A DNA stretch of 59,151 nucleotides, counting the filler. It is 3 parts of 3 records of this genome, joined end to end, with 100 filler letters (N's around TTAATTAATTAA, not from the genome) between each part and the next. Parts side by side here need not be neighbours in the genome. Positions count along the whole stretch, not along the records: positions 1 to 27,098 come from SRR31156797_3062; positions 27,199 to 44,958 come from SRR31156797_3071; 1 more part is not named here. The stretch is one strand, 5' to 3'. The position numbers were made by a program, and so were the translations under genes. Within the stretch, counting starts at the first letter, position 1; every line of letters begins with the position of its first letter. The notes beneath the pieces are model-generated. The model searched no databases, had not been told where the DNA came from, and saw nothing but the letters and a program-made list of their open reading frames with translations. Below are positions 18,666 through 28,700 of this stretch, one piece after another.

Positions 18666-21350
18666 TTATTTGGTTTCTTTCTTATCGTCTTCACTTTTCG
18701 CCTCGGCGTCGTCATCTTTCTTCTCTTCAGTACCTTCTTCTTCCTTCTTCGCTTTGGCGGTTTTGGTTTCCTTTTTAGGTTTAGCGGCTTTCTCCTCAGC
18801 TGGTTTTTCTTCAGCTTTCTCTTCCTTCTTCTCAGCTACCTTATTCTCTTCTTTGGCTGCTTTCGGCTCTTCTTTCTTGTCAGCTTTCTTCTCAGCCTTG
18901 GGCTTTTCCGCTTTCTCTGCCTTTTCTTCCTTCTTAGCTTCTGCTTTTGGTTTCTCTTCCTTTTCAGCCTTTTCTTCCTTCTTAGCTTCCGCTTTAGGTT
19001 TTTCCTCTTTCTTAGCTTCTGCCTTCGGCTCTTCTACTTTGTCAGCTTTTTTAGCTTCTCCTTTAGGCTCTTCTGCCTTTTCAGCTTTTTTGGCTTCTGC
19101 TTTTTTGGGCTCTTCTACTTTTTCCTCAGTGGCAGCAGCTTCTTCTTTAACCTCTTTGGCCGTTTTCTTCTCTTCCTGCTTCTTGGCATAAGTTTCAAGC
19201 TTTTCACGAGCTTCCTGCTCCATTTCGCTCTTTAGCTGAGCAAGGCCATCAATATCACCAAGGGTAGTCCTTTCAAGGTTATCCTTGATTTTCTTAACGG
19301 TTTTTTGGGTAACGCGTGCCTGAACTTGTTGTTCTTTATCCACTTTGGCTTTTTCAGCATACTGAACATCCTGGTAGACACGTGCGTGTGACAGGATGAT
19401 CTTCTTGTTTTCTTTGGAGAACTCGATCACTTTAAAATCGAGGGTTTCATCAACTTTTGCCATTTGGCCGGTCTCCTTCTGAAGATGGCGTGTTGGGGCA
19501 AAGCCTTCAACACCATAAGGTAGTGTAACTACCATACCTTTATCGCTGGCGTTGGCGATGGTACCTTTATGAATGGATCCTACAGTAAATACCGTTTCGA
19601 AAACATCCCACGGATTTTCTTCGAGCTGCTTGTGACCGAGGCTCAAACGACGATTTTCTTCGTCCACGTCGAGAACGATCACTTCAATCGGATCATTAAT
19701 CTTCGTAAATTCAGCAGGGTGCTTGATCTTCTTCGACCACGACAGGTCAGAGATGTGGATCAGGCCGTCAACACCTTCTTCTAGTTCAACAAAAATACCG
19801 AAGTTGGTGAAGTTACGTACGGTAGCTGAATGCTTGGAGCTAACCGGATATTTGGTTTTGATATTTTCCCATGGATCCGGAATAAGTTGCTTCATACCCA
19901 GTGACATTTTACGCTCTTCGCGGTCGAGGGTAAGGATAACGGCTTCTACCTCGTCGCCAACCTTCAGGAAGTCCTGGGCTGTGCGCAGGTGTTGTGACCA
20001 TGACATTTCCGATACGTGGATCAGGCCTTCAACGCCGGTTGCAATCTCGATGAATGCGCCGTAATCTGCGATAACAACAACTTTGCCTTTAACCTTGTCG
20101 CCCACCTTGAGATTTTCGTCAAGTGCATCCCACGGATGAGGTGTAAGTTGCTTAAGGCCAAGTGCAATACGCTTTTTGTTATCATCAAAGTCGAGGATTA
20201 CCACCTTGATTTTCTGGTCGAGTTCAACGATCTCTTCTGGATGGTTGATACGTCCCCATGAAAGGTCGGTGATATGGATAAGACCGTCAACACCACCAAG
20301 GTCAACAAATACACCATAGGAAGTAATATTTTTAACGGTTCCTTCGAGTACCTGTCCTTTTTCAAGTTTGGCGATGATCTCAGCTTTTTGCTGCTCAAGT
20401 TCACGCTCGATAAGCGCTTTATGAGAAACAACCACATTTTTGTATTCGTGATTGATTTTCACCACTTTGAATTCCATCACCTTATCAACATAAATATCAT
20501 AGTCGCGGATTGGCTTCACATCAATTTGTGATCCGGGGAGGAAGGCCTCAATACCGAATACATCCACAATCAAACCACCTTTGGTACGGCTTTTCACATA
20601 ACCCTGGATGATCTCATCATCTTCGTATGCTTTGTTCACACGTTCCCATGATTTGAGAATTCTAGCTTTTTTGTGTGAAAGAATAAGCTGACCGGTGGTA
20701 TCTTCCTGGCTTTCTACATAAACTTCAATTTCGTCGCCCACTTTAAAATCAGGATTATACCTGATTTCAGCTCTTGGGATAACACCGTCGGATTTGAAAT
20801 TTATATTAACAACAGCTTCACGGTCGGTGAGTGCTGCGATGGTTCCGTTTACCACTTCGTGCTCGGCAACCGAATTGAAAGTTTTGTTGTACAAATCTTC
20901 CAGTTTACCGCGTTCTTCAGCTGTGTAGCTATCTTCTTTTTTACCTACTGAATCCCAGTCGAATTCGCCGGGAACTGCAGGTTTGTACTCAGAAACTACG
21001 GGCGTTTCTTCAGTTTCAGCTTTTAACTCAGCGGGCTTTTCCTCAGCTTCAGCAGGTTTTTCCTCAACAGGCATTTCTTCTTCCGCTTTTACCTCAGCCG
21101 GCTTTTCTTCAGCTTCAGCCGGCTTTTCTTTTTCGGCTTTCACTTCTTCAGTTTTTTCTTCCTGTTTTGGCTCAGCTTCAACTTTTTCAGTTACCTCTTC
21201 AGGCTTAGTTTCAGCAACAGGTTCTTCAGTTTTTTCTGTTGTTGATTCCTCAGCTTGTCCAGAAGCCTTAACTTCTTCCTTCTTCTCAACGTTTTCACCA
21301 GCAGGGGCTTCCTGAGGTTCCTGATTTAATTTTTCGTTTTCGTTAGACAT
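18666..21350 (-). CDS. rpsA: 30S ribosomal protein S1 with long low-complexity N- and C-terminal extensions
   Basis: Six S1 domains (AFLPGSQID, YGVFVDLGGVDGLIHITDLSW, EGLIHVSEMSW, DGLIHISDLSW) flanked by E/K/A/P-rich tails. Confidence 0.95.
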   Translation of the reverse strand: MSNENEKLNQEPQEAPAGENVEKKEEVKASGQAEESTTEKTEEPVAETKPEEVTEKVEAEPKQEEKTEEVKAEKEKPAEAEEKPAEVKAEEEMPVEEKPAEAEEKPAELKAETEETPVVSEYKPAVPGEFDWDSVGKKEDSYTAEERGKLEDLYNKTFNSVAEHEVVNGTIAALTDREAVVNINFKSDGVIPRAEIRYNPDFKVGDEIEVYVESQEDTTGQLILSHKKARILKSWERVNKAYEDDEIIQGYVKSRTKGGLIVDVFGIEAFLPGSQIDVKPIRDYDIYVDKVMEFKVVKINHEYKNVVVSHKALIERELEQQKAEIIAKLEKGQVLEGTVKNITSYGVFVDLGGVDGLIHITDLSWGRINHPEEIVELDQKIKVVILDFDDNKKRIALGLKQLTPHPWDALDENLKVGDKVKGKVVVIADYGAFIEIATGVEGLIHVSEMSWSQHLRTAQDFLKVGDEVEAVILTLDREERKMSLGMKQLIPDPWENIKTKYPVSSKHSATVRNFTNFGIFVELEEGVDGLIHISDLSWSKKIKHPAEFTKINDPIEVIVLDVDEENRRLSLGHKQLEENPWDVFETVFTVGSIHKGTIANASDKGMVVTLPYGVEGFAPTRHLQKETGQMAKVDETLDFKVIEFSKENKKIILSHARVYQDVQYAEKAKVDKEQQVQARVTQKTVKKIKDNLERTTLGDIDGLAQLKSEMEQEAREKLETYAKKQEEKKTAKEVKEEAAATEEKVEEPKKAEAKKAEKAEEPKGEAKKADKVEEPKAEAKKEEKPKAEAKKEEKAEKEEKPKAEAKKEEKAEKAEKPKAEKKADKKEEPKAAKEENKVAEKKEEKAEEKPAEEKAAKPKKETKTAKAKKEEEGTEEKKDDDAEAKSEDDKKETK

Positions 21351-21736
21351 TAAAATGAATTTCGTTTTGGATGCCGCCTTATCACCCGGGTTAATAATTT
21401 TAAATGTAATGCAAGTGCATGATTTTTAGGCGATAAAACCTGCATTTGCAAAATGGGGTGCAAAAATAGATAAATATTTTTAAATGGGAAATCTTATGGA
21501 TTAATTTTCAGGGATTTAATTGAAACACAACGATCAATACCTTAGTCAAGGATACATCTTACCGCAAAACTGTAATGTACTATAATTTCACTTAGGGAAG
21601 CGGGGTTATTCAACACTGAATAGCGCGCTACAAAAGATGAATTGTTCCGGATGAGAAGGTTATGGAAATAATGTCTATTCTAAAACAGATCTAAAAAATT
21701 CTAATTTAGACTCATAACCGACGGTTCATTGCTCAA

Positions 21737-22396
21737 CTAATCAATGATATAATCCAATTCGGCATTGAGGTATTTTGGTTTACGAACTTCCTCCTCCATG
21801 TTCTTTAATGTTTCGAAAGGGCCCCTGTGGCTCACCATGTTTATTAACCAGGCCGGCAGGCTTCCACCTAAATTCATTTTTATTTCCAGGGTAACTAAAA
21901 CACTATCTGAACCAACCGGCTCAAGTGTCCAGACTGACCGGCATTCCGGTACCCTTACCACACCATCCTTTTCTGGAAGCAATTCCGGGTTGCAATTGCC
22001 TTCATTTGTCACAACTTTGGTTTTTGGGTCCTGCGAAAGGTGTGCGTTGATTACCATATCGCGATCCTGCACTGGCCATGGTGCATTGGAGTAACCATAA
22101 AAAACCCAGGCAAACTCATTTTGCCGTTCAATCACTTCTGCCTTTTTGTTGGCATAAGTCCAATTTTTATGATTGTCCACATCCTTCATCAGGGCAACCA
22201 AAGATGAAAGGTCAGTCTTCATCATGTTTTGCACCCTGATTTCCTTTATGGGCGAGTCGGCAGATTTACGCGAAAAAACCTCGATACCATCTTCACCCCT
22301 TAAAAATTCCCATTCACCAGTCTGTCCATCTAAATCAGCAATAAGGACCACCATGATAAACATTAATAACAAACTTCGCATACCCATCCAACGCAA
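21737..22396 (-). CDS. Exported START-domain (lipid-binding) protein
   Basis: Signal peptide, W....EDGIEVF, PWPVQDRD, LGGSLPAWLIN. Confidence 0.8.
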   Translation of the reverse strand: MRWMGMRSLLLMFIMVVLIADLDGQTGEWEFLRGEDGIEVFSRKSADSPIKEIRVQNMMKTDLSSLVALMKDVDNHKNWTYANKKAEVIERQNEFAWVFYGYSNAPWPVQDRDMVINAHLSQDPKTKVVTNEGNCNPELLPEKDGVVRVPECRSVWTLEPVGSDSVLVTLEIKMNLGGSLPAWLINMVSHRGPFETLKNMEEEVRKPKYLNAELDYIID

Positions 22397-22447
22397 TTAA
22401 AATGGTTTTTGTTTGAATATTGCTGAAAGCAATACTTTTGCAATACA

Positions 22448-23422
22448 ATGCATGCAAAGTTAAAAAAACAACTTGAGGATTTAAATCCGGTGGATTATGA
22501 TCACTTCCTGAAACCCTTGCGTAATTGCAGGTTATGTCCCCGAAACTGCGGGGTTGACCGGTTTAGCAACAAACCGGGATATTGCAAAAGCGACACATCC
22601 TTCTATATTTCATCTATTTGTATTCATCGGGGAGAAGAGCCGCCCATTAGTGGTCCTCATGGCATTTGCAACATTTTTTTCGGGCACTGCAACCTGCAAT
22701 GTGTCTATTGCCAAAATCATCAAATCAGTGACAATCATGACGCTTTTGCGGCACGCAGACGCAGCCTGAAAGACGTTTTGTATGAAATCATCAATTGCCT
22801 GGATGCCGGCTGCAAGGGCGTGGGATTTGTTTCTCCTTCGCATTTTGTGCCGCAGGTAAAGATTATTGTTTCCGCCCTGCATGATCTTGGCCTAAACCCG
22901 CCTATCGTATATAACTCCAATGGATATGATTCTGTAGAGACGCTCAGGGAGATGGAAAACCTGATAGATATCTGGTTGCCGGACTTCAAATATATGGATT
23001 CGATATTTTCGAAGAAATACTCTGATGCCAATGATTACCCAGAAATTGCCGGTAAAGCGCTTAAAGAGATGTACAGGCAAAAAGGCAGTTCGTTGGTTAC
23101 TGATAATGATGGCGTGGCTGAACGTGGCATCCTGATCAGGCATTTGGTGCTGCCGGGCCATACACAAAACAGCATTGATGTGCTGCGATTTATTGCTGAG
23201 GAAATCTCAACCTCCATACATATCTCGCTGATGTCCCAGTATCACCCGACTTTTTCAGTCAATGACGAACCACCGCTAAACCGGCCACTTTACAAGGAGG
23301 AGTATTTCCGGGTGGTGGATGAATTTTACCGGTTGGGTTTCCGGAATGGGTTTATCCAGGACCTGGAAAGTTATGAAAGTTATCGCCCCGATTTTGATCA
23401 GGAGCATCCTTTTGAAGGCTAA
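22448..23422 (+). CDS. Radical SAM protein, PflX-like
   Basis: CRLCPRNCGVDR, HRGEEPPISG, CNLQCVYCQN (CxxxCxxC), PDFKY, IRHLVLPG, SLMSQYHP. Confidence 0.85.
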   Translation: MHAKLKKQLEDLNPVDYDHFLKPLRNCRLCPRNCGVDRFSNKPGYCKSDTSFYISSICIHRGEEPPISGPHGICNIFFGHCNLQCVYCQNHQISDNHDAFAARRRSLKDVLYEIINCLDAGCKGVGFVSPSHFVPQVKIIVSALHDLGLNPPIVYNSNGYDSVETLREMENLIDIWLPDFKYMDSIFSKKYSDANDYPEIAGKALKEMYRQKGSSLVTDNDGVAERGILIRHLVLPGHTQNSIDVLRFIAEEISTSIHISLMSQYHPTFSVNDEPPLNRPLYKEEYFRVVDEFYRLGFRNGFIQDLESYESYRPDFDQEHPFEG

Positions 23423-23434
23423 TTTTAAATTGAC

Positions 23435-25900
23435 CTACCGAATAAAAACCTTACGGACTTTCCGGTTATGTTCTGTTATGATCTCCATAAAACATACGCC
23501 TGTGGGTAGATTTTGCTGAATAGTATATTTATTTTCGCCAAAGTGCAGGATATAATTTTCTAGTTGAAGAAGCCTGCCAAGCTGGTCAAAAATCCGGATT
23601 GTTGCTTCAGCAGGATTGGCCGTAAAAACGCTGACATCAATGGCTTGCGTTCCAGGCTGCGCAAATACACTGAAACTGAAATCATTTCCAGCCAGTCCTT
23701 CAATGCCAACATTTCCCACCTTAATTTTTACCCAGGCCGTATCAGCAAGTGCCTGATTCGATTCATTTACCAACCTGTAGCTAAGGCTGTCAAAACCATT
23801 GTAATCACCTTCAGGTATGTAATCAATAAAACCACCAGAAAATGACGCTACACCATGCTGTGGAATAACTATAATTTCACTGTTTACAGTAACATCCTCA
23901 GGAATAAAGTCATTGATCAGGTATTCGATCATCACAGCTGTATTTGCGGGAGTAACGGTATCGTCATACATAACCACCGGTGTAAGTTGATCATTTATCC
24001 GTTTTGTAAATTCCTGGTGGAACTGGTTGGCCAGGTTCAGGTTGTGAATGATCAACGTATTTTCATCATTGATGGATTCGGCTGAGGCTGACCAGTTATG
24101 GCTTCCGGTAACCAGCACAGCATTTTGTGATCCCTCTTCAAAATCAGTGATCAGATATTTATGGTGAAAAACCGGCCCGTCAGGCCAGGAGGTTCCATCC
24201 GGGTTCACATAATCACGAACATACACCCCATTGGATTTCAGGTATTCGTATTCGCTGCCGTTGTACTCCACATAATCGATGATTCCGGTAACATCCAATC
24301 CACGCTGATGAGCATCCAAAATGGCATCTCCCAACGCATTTTCTGTAAATACCATAATCCCGAATTCAACGCTGCTTTGCGCCTCGTTGAGCACATCTAC
24401 AAGCTCTCCGGTGGTTCCGTCCGAAGGAGAAAAATAGAGTTCCACGTCTACCCCGTCAATCAGAAATTTATGTGGTGTGTTGTCGGTTTTTTCGGATCCG
24501 AATCTTGATGATGCTTCATCATACATCGGCCCGTCCGAGCCCCACATCTCCTCAAATTCAAGCGTAAAGGCCTCCGCAAGCGACTGGTCCTGAACGCAAA
24601 TTACATTGTTAAAATCCCAGCCCAGATTGTTGTGCGTATGGTTGAGCGAGCCTGTCATCACCCAACAATTCAGTTCATCAGCCACATCCATCACAATGAA
24701 CTTATTGTGCATGATAGCTTCCGTATTTCCAAAAAGCACGGGGATGTTTGGATTCAGGTTTTCCAATGCCGGATTGGTTCCGATATCATCCGTAATATAT
24801 CTGATCTGCACGCCACGGTCATAGGCATCGTTGATGGCCTGAACGATTTCGTCGGATTCCTGCTCATACATGGTGATGTCAAGGGTTTGCTGGGCCAAAT
24901 CCAAAAAAGCAATTACCGAATCGGCTATGCTGGGCGTCCAGGCCGCCAGCACATCAATGGACTCGCTATGATCCACATCGTGGTTAAAAAGCACTTTCAT
25001 TTCTCCTGTGGACCCCGAAATCAATGCGCAGGTCATCAGCTTGTAATTGGTGGTATCCTCGCCGCTGACTGAAAAAGGACGCACATAATTGATCAGTTGC
25101 CCAAAGAACATAGGTATCTCGACTTCATGATTGATGGAATCTCCCGGAGGTACGGAAATAGAACTTTGCATATCGTCAGGTGAAACTCCAAAAAATGCTT
25201 CCGTAGTTGCCGGTTCATTTGTTTTCCAGACCAAGGTCACATGATCTTCGCCAACTTCCGTCTGTTCCGGCCCCTCCACAAAATAGAGGCTCTCAAGAAT
25301 CTGAATATCATCCTCATCACGTGGCAGAATTTTATAATCTTCAAAGGAATAATACAATGGCCCGGTAACCGCGTAACTGATTCCCAGCTCCGCTTCGTAA
25401 ACGATTCCAAGATCATCTACCCTGCAGGGGCCGGTTCCGTCATCAAGTTCCCATTCACCATAACCCAAATCGGGGTTGGTGCAGATGGCCGACTCAATTT
25501 GAACAAGCACCCCCTCCAGCGATTCATCGTTCACATCCCATGTTCCTGACAAATAGGGTTCCGGAAGCGGGTTTCCCGATGAATTGATTTCGAGGTTGCT
25601 AACGCTGTTAATCTCCGTTAAATCATAGTACTCAACCACTTCTCCGGTGAGGGTTACATCATCACCCACCGATACAGATTCGGTGGCATAAACATAAACA
25701 CCGGTCCATTCGCCTTCCCCATCCTGGATAAAAAATCCGGGGCTATAAACTGCAGTAACTATCCCGCTTGTGGTAATTACCTGGCCTTCATAAGGGGAAT
25801 GTTCCTGCTGCCCCTGAATCTGATAAATAGTAACATTTTGCTGGGCTATGGTTGCAATCACCAGCATCAAGCCTGAAATAATTAAAGTGATTTTTTTCAT
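23435..25900 (-). CDS. T9SS-secreted multidomain protein: OB-fold(s), FN3-like, two phospholipase D (HKD) domains, Ig-like
   Basis: TIYQIQG...SPYEGQ...GFFIQD OB-fold; MHNKFIVMD and FHHKYLITD HKD motifs; TGSHNWS...NDEN; IFDQLGR...RKVFIR sorting signal. Start at MKKITLI. Confidence 0.8.
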   Translation of the reverse strand: MKKITLIISGLMLVIATIAQQNVTIYQIQGQQEHSPYEGQVITTSGIVTAVYSPGFFIQDGEGEWTGVYVYATESVSVGDDVTLTGEVVEYYDLTEINSVSNLEINSSGNPLPEPYLSGTWDVNDESLEGVLVQIESAICTNPDLGYGEWELDDGTGPCRVDDLGIVYEAELGISYAVTGPLYYSFEDYKILPRDEDDIQILESLYFVEGPEQTEVGEDHVTLVWKTNEPATTEAFFGVSPDDMQSSISVPPGDSINHEVEIPMFFGQLINYVRPFSVSGEDTTNYKLMTCALISGSTGEMKVLFNHDVDHSESIDVLAAWTPSIADSVIAFLDLAQQTLDITMYEQESDEIVQAINDAYDRGVQIRYITDDIGTNPALENLNPNIPVLFGNTEAIMHNKFIVMDVADELNCWVMTGSLNHTHNNLGWDFNNVICVQDQSLAEAFTLEFEEMWGSDGPMYDEASSRFGSEKTDNTPHKFLIDGVDVELYFSPSDGTTGELVDVLNEAQSSVEFGIMVFTENALGDAILDAHQRGLDVTGIIDYVEYNGSEYEYLKSNGVYVRDYVNPDGTSWPDGPVFHHKYLITDFEEGSQNAVLVTGSHNWSASAESINDENTLIIHNLNLANQFHQEFTKRINDQLTPVVMYDDTVTPANTAVMIEYLINDFIPEDVTVNSEIIVIPQHGVASFSGGFIDYIPEGDYNGFDSLSYRLVNESNQALADTAWVKIKVGNVGIEGLAGNDFSFSVFAQPGTQAIDVSVFTANPAEATIRIFDQLGRLLQLENYILHFGENKYTIQQNLPTGVCFMEIITEHNRKVRKVFIR

Positions 25901-25975
25901 GATATTTGATTTTGATGCAAAGATAATCCATCTCTGCAAGCAAAACTTTTGTTTATTTTGTGAGTTATTAAATCC

Positions 25976-26866
25976 ATGTTTTTCAATCCGATCACATACG
26001 ATGAACCACTTTTCAGGCCACCCAGTGAGGCCAGGTCATTGATATTCCAGATTACTACAGGATGCTCATGGAACAAGTGTGCCTTTTGTGAGATGTACAC
26101 TTCAAAAAAATTCAGGGTTAAACCCGAAGAAAAGGTTTTCGAGGAAATCAGCCTGGCTGCCCAATATTATCCGGATACCCGAAAAGTATTCCTGGCCGAT
26201 GGAAATGCACTGGTGCTGAGCACGGAAAAATTGCTCAGAATTCTCAAAAAACTGCAGTTCACTTTTCCAAAGCTGGTGCGGATTTCGGCTTATGCCATCC
26301 CGAAGGACCTGAAAAATAAATCGGTTGATGAGTTGAAAAAACTAAGGAAAGCCGGTCTGATACTGATTTATGTGGGCATAGAAAGTGGTGATGATGAATT
26401 ACTTCGATTGATCAGCAAAGGTGAAACTGGCGAATCAACCATCCAGTCGATGGTAAAGGCAAAGGAAGCAGGGATAAAAAGCTCGGTGATGATCATCAAT
26501 GGTTTGGGCGGTTCAAAATTTTCGGAGCAACATGCAGAAAATTCCGCAAAGGTGATCAATGCCATTCAACCGGAATTTTTATCTACACTTGTGCTGAGTT
26601 TTCCTTATGGTGTTGAGCATTTTAAGGAACGGTTTTCAGGAACTTTTGCAGAATTGAATATTTTGGGGCTATTGATTGAACAGCACAATTTTATTGAAAA
26701 GCTGGAACTTCGGGAAACGGTTTTTAGGAGTGATCATGCATCGAATTACCTGGTTTTAAAAGGTATCTTGAACAGAGATAAAGACAGGTTATTAACAGAT
26801 TTGAAATTTGCAATAAAGGCCCCTGAGATGGCCGGTTTAAGGGAAGAGTGGATGAGGGGGTTGTAG
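25976..26866 (+). CDS. Radical SAM protein
   Basis: RPPSEA, GCSWNKCAFC, FLADGNAL, GIESG, FRSDHASNY. Confidence 0.88.
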   Translation: MFFNPITYDEPLFRPPSEARSLIFQITTGCSWNKCAFCEMYTSKKFRVKPEEKVFEEISLAAQYYPDTRKVFLADGNALVLSTEKLLRILKKLQFTFPKLVRISAYAIPKDLKNKSVDELKKLRKAGLILIYVGIESGDDELLRLISKGETGESTIQSMVKAKEAGIKSSVMIINGLGGSKFSEQHAENSAKVINAIQPEFLSTLVLSFPYGVEHFKERFSGTFAELNILGLLIEQHNFIEKLELRETVFRSDHASNYLVLKGILNRDKDRLLTDLKFAIKAPEMAGLREEWMRGL

Positions 26867-27098
26867 GAATTTTGAATTACGATGTAGAATTTTGAATTAC
26901 GAATTTAGAATTACGAATTTAGAATTACGAATTTAGAGTTTGGAATGTAGATTTTAGAATTACGAATTTGGAGTTTAGAATTTGGAGTTTAGAATTTTAG
27001 AGGGGTAAAGGAGGCATAGCGCAAAGCGCGAAGGCAAAGGAGAATGATGCGACTGAAGCGGACGAAGTGACTTGAGAGACTGAAGCGACTTAAGCGTA
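26867..27098. repeat. Stacked tandem repeats: about 19 x GAATTWV-type heptamer, short GCAWAGC heptamers, then 9-mer YKAAGCGAC units running into the contig end
   Basis: Read directly. 26867-26998 heptamers start 1 nt after the stop codon. The 27045-27098 nonamers are the reverse complement of the 3667-3810 array. Confidence 0.85.
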
Positions 27099-27198
27099 NN
27101 NNNNNNNNNNNNNNNNNNNNNNNNNNNNNNNNNNNNNNNNNNTTAATTAATTAANNNNNNNNNNNNNNNNNNNNNNNNNNNNNNNNNNNNNNNNNNNN
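27099..27198. other. Artificial contig linker (44N-TTAATTAATTAA-44N)
   Basis: N runs around an all-frame-stop palindrome. Composition and taxonomic signals change across it. Confidence 0.97.
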
Positions 27199-27800
27199 GG
27201 GTTGTTGATCTCATGGGCGATGCCGGCGGCCATCCGGCCCAGGGACGATCTTTTTTCCACCTGGGTGGCCAGATGGTCGAATTGTGATTGCTGATTTTCC
27301 ATGAGCTGCACCCGCTTAATCACGCAGGCGCAGTGCATGGCGACGGTTTTGATGAAATCCAGCTCATCGTCTGAAAATGTGTGTTGTTCCGTAAAGTAGA
27401 TCCTGATAAGGCCCATGGGTTTATCGATGCCAAGGGGCATATCGATCATCATACGGACCCCTTCATCCCAGGTTTCTTGGGGGTATTCAATTCTGGGAGC
27501 ATTCCAGATGTCCGTGATAATGGAAATTTTATCCGGTTCAGATAAGGTGGAGAGCAGGGTTTGGGTGCTGGCCGGCCCTTTTTTCAGGTATCGCTCGCCC
27601 AATCCACAGGCTGCACGCACCTCAAACTGGTTGTTTTCCTTGTTGAGAATCCTGAGCAGGGCGCCTTTAGCGTCCAGGGCCCCGGTGGTTTTTGTGACCA
27701 CCATATCCAGTACTCCCTGTAGATCGGTGATGGAATGCATCGCCCGGATCACGTCCTTTAAAACGTGAAAATAGTTTTCAAACTTTGTTGCGGAGGTCAT
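27199..27800 (-). CDS. GAF-domain sensor histidine kinase, truncated at the contig end
   Basis: GAF (LDMVVTKT...AACGL...FSDDELDFIKTVA) followed by H-box SSLGRMAAGIAHEINN at the break. Start at MTSATKF. Confidence 0.85.
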
Positions 27801-27912
27801 GTAATCTTTACCTTTCACCCTGGTTGAGCCGTTCAGCAATGCTCATATTTCCGTCCGGTTACAATTTCGAGAGAAAAATACCGGGATCCATAATCGAAAC
27901 ATATCATCACGA

Positions 27913-28605
27913 TTACCATGCCTCCCGCTCCAGGCGTTTGTAAATGAACATCAATTGTTTCTGGGTAAGCTCTCCCACATTCTCATTGATCCATTTCAAA
28001 TCGCCCGATGCAATGGCAGCTCTTGCCTCGCTTGAAAGGTTATAGCTTTCCAGGGCCATGGTTCCGTTTTCCATCAGGTCACGCCAGAAATCCCAGTCTT
28101 CAGCCGTCCGGTTTAATGCCTGAATGACCTCCCGTTTCTGAATAAGCTTTCTTTCCGCTTCTCCGGTTTCCCGGTTGGGAATTGCATCCATCCTTGGCTC
28201 ATGTTGGTCTTTCAGCGCATCATCAATACTGGTTTTGATCTGCTCTTCAGTAAAGGGTTTGGGCAAAAAATCACGGGCGCCCAGTTTCATGGCCTTCACC
28301 GCTTTTGAAGTGGTGCCGTACCCGGTAATGACAATGACTTCCGTTTCAGGCTTTTCCGTCTTGACCTTTTTGATTACCTCCATGCCGTCCATGTCGGGCA
28401 GCCTCAGGTCCGCCACCAGCAGATCATAGCGTTTCTGCTTGAAAGCCTCCAGAGCCAGCGCGCCCGTGCCCGCCAGATTGACGGCATACCCTTCTTCGGT
28501 CAGTACCATCTCAAGGCCCTTGGCCACGTTGACGTCATCTTCCATCACCAGGATGTGGGGCGGTAATTTTTCCTGGGTCGATCTGATTTCCTGTAATTGT
28601 TCCAT
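27913..28605 (-). CDS. Response regulator: receiver domain plus non-canonical helical C-terminal domain
   Basis: ILVMEDD, DLRLPDMDG, ITGY, FLPKPF; the C-terminal ~75 aa lack an HTH. Confidence 0.85.
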   Translation of the reverse strand: MEQLQEIRSTQEKLPPHILVMEDDVNVAKGLEMVLTEEGYAVNLAGTGALALEAFKQKRYDLLVADLRLPDMDGMEVIKKVKTEKPETEVIVITGYGTTSKAVKAMKLGARDFLPKPFTEEQIKTSIDDALKDQHEPRMDAIPNRETGEAERKLIQKREVIQALNRTAEDWDFWRDLMENGTMALESYNLSSEARAAIASGDLKWINENVGELTQKQLMFIYKRLEREAW

Positions 28606-28683
28606 GGTCTGTCTCTCCTAGTGCTGGTTTCTGAAAGTTTTGCCTTTTAAAATTGCATTTACGGCTGTTTCATATGCTAACAG

Positions 28684-28700
28684 AGCAAAAGTCGTGCCAA
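28684..28700 (-). promoter_or_regulatory. Sigma54 (-24/-12) promoter
   Basis: Minus strand TTGGCACGACTTTTGCT matches TGGCAC-N5-TTGC, about 80 nt upstream of the response regulator and downstream of a bEBP gene. Confidence 0.85.

Noticed and set aside
18646-19191. Ser/Phe/Ala-rich plus-strand ORF that looks like a membrane protein (also 20983-21315)
   Set aside because: Mirror of the Lys/Glu/Ala repeats of rpsA on the opposite strand.
27199-27240. Both ends of contig 2 stop inside histidine kinase H-boxes (also about 44920-44958), suggesting pseudogenes or recombination sites
   Set aside because: Best explained by assembly breaks at multicopy conserved HisKA sequence.
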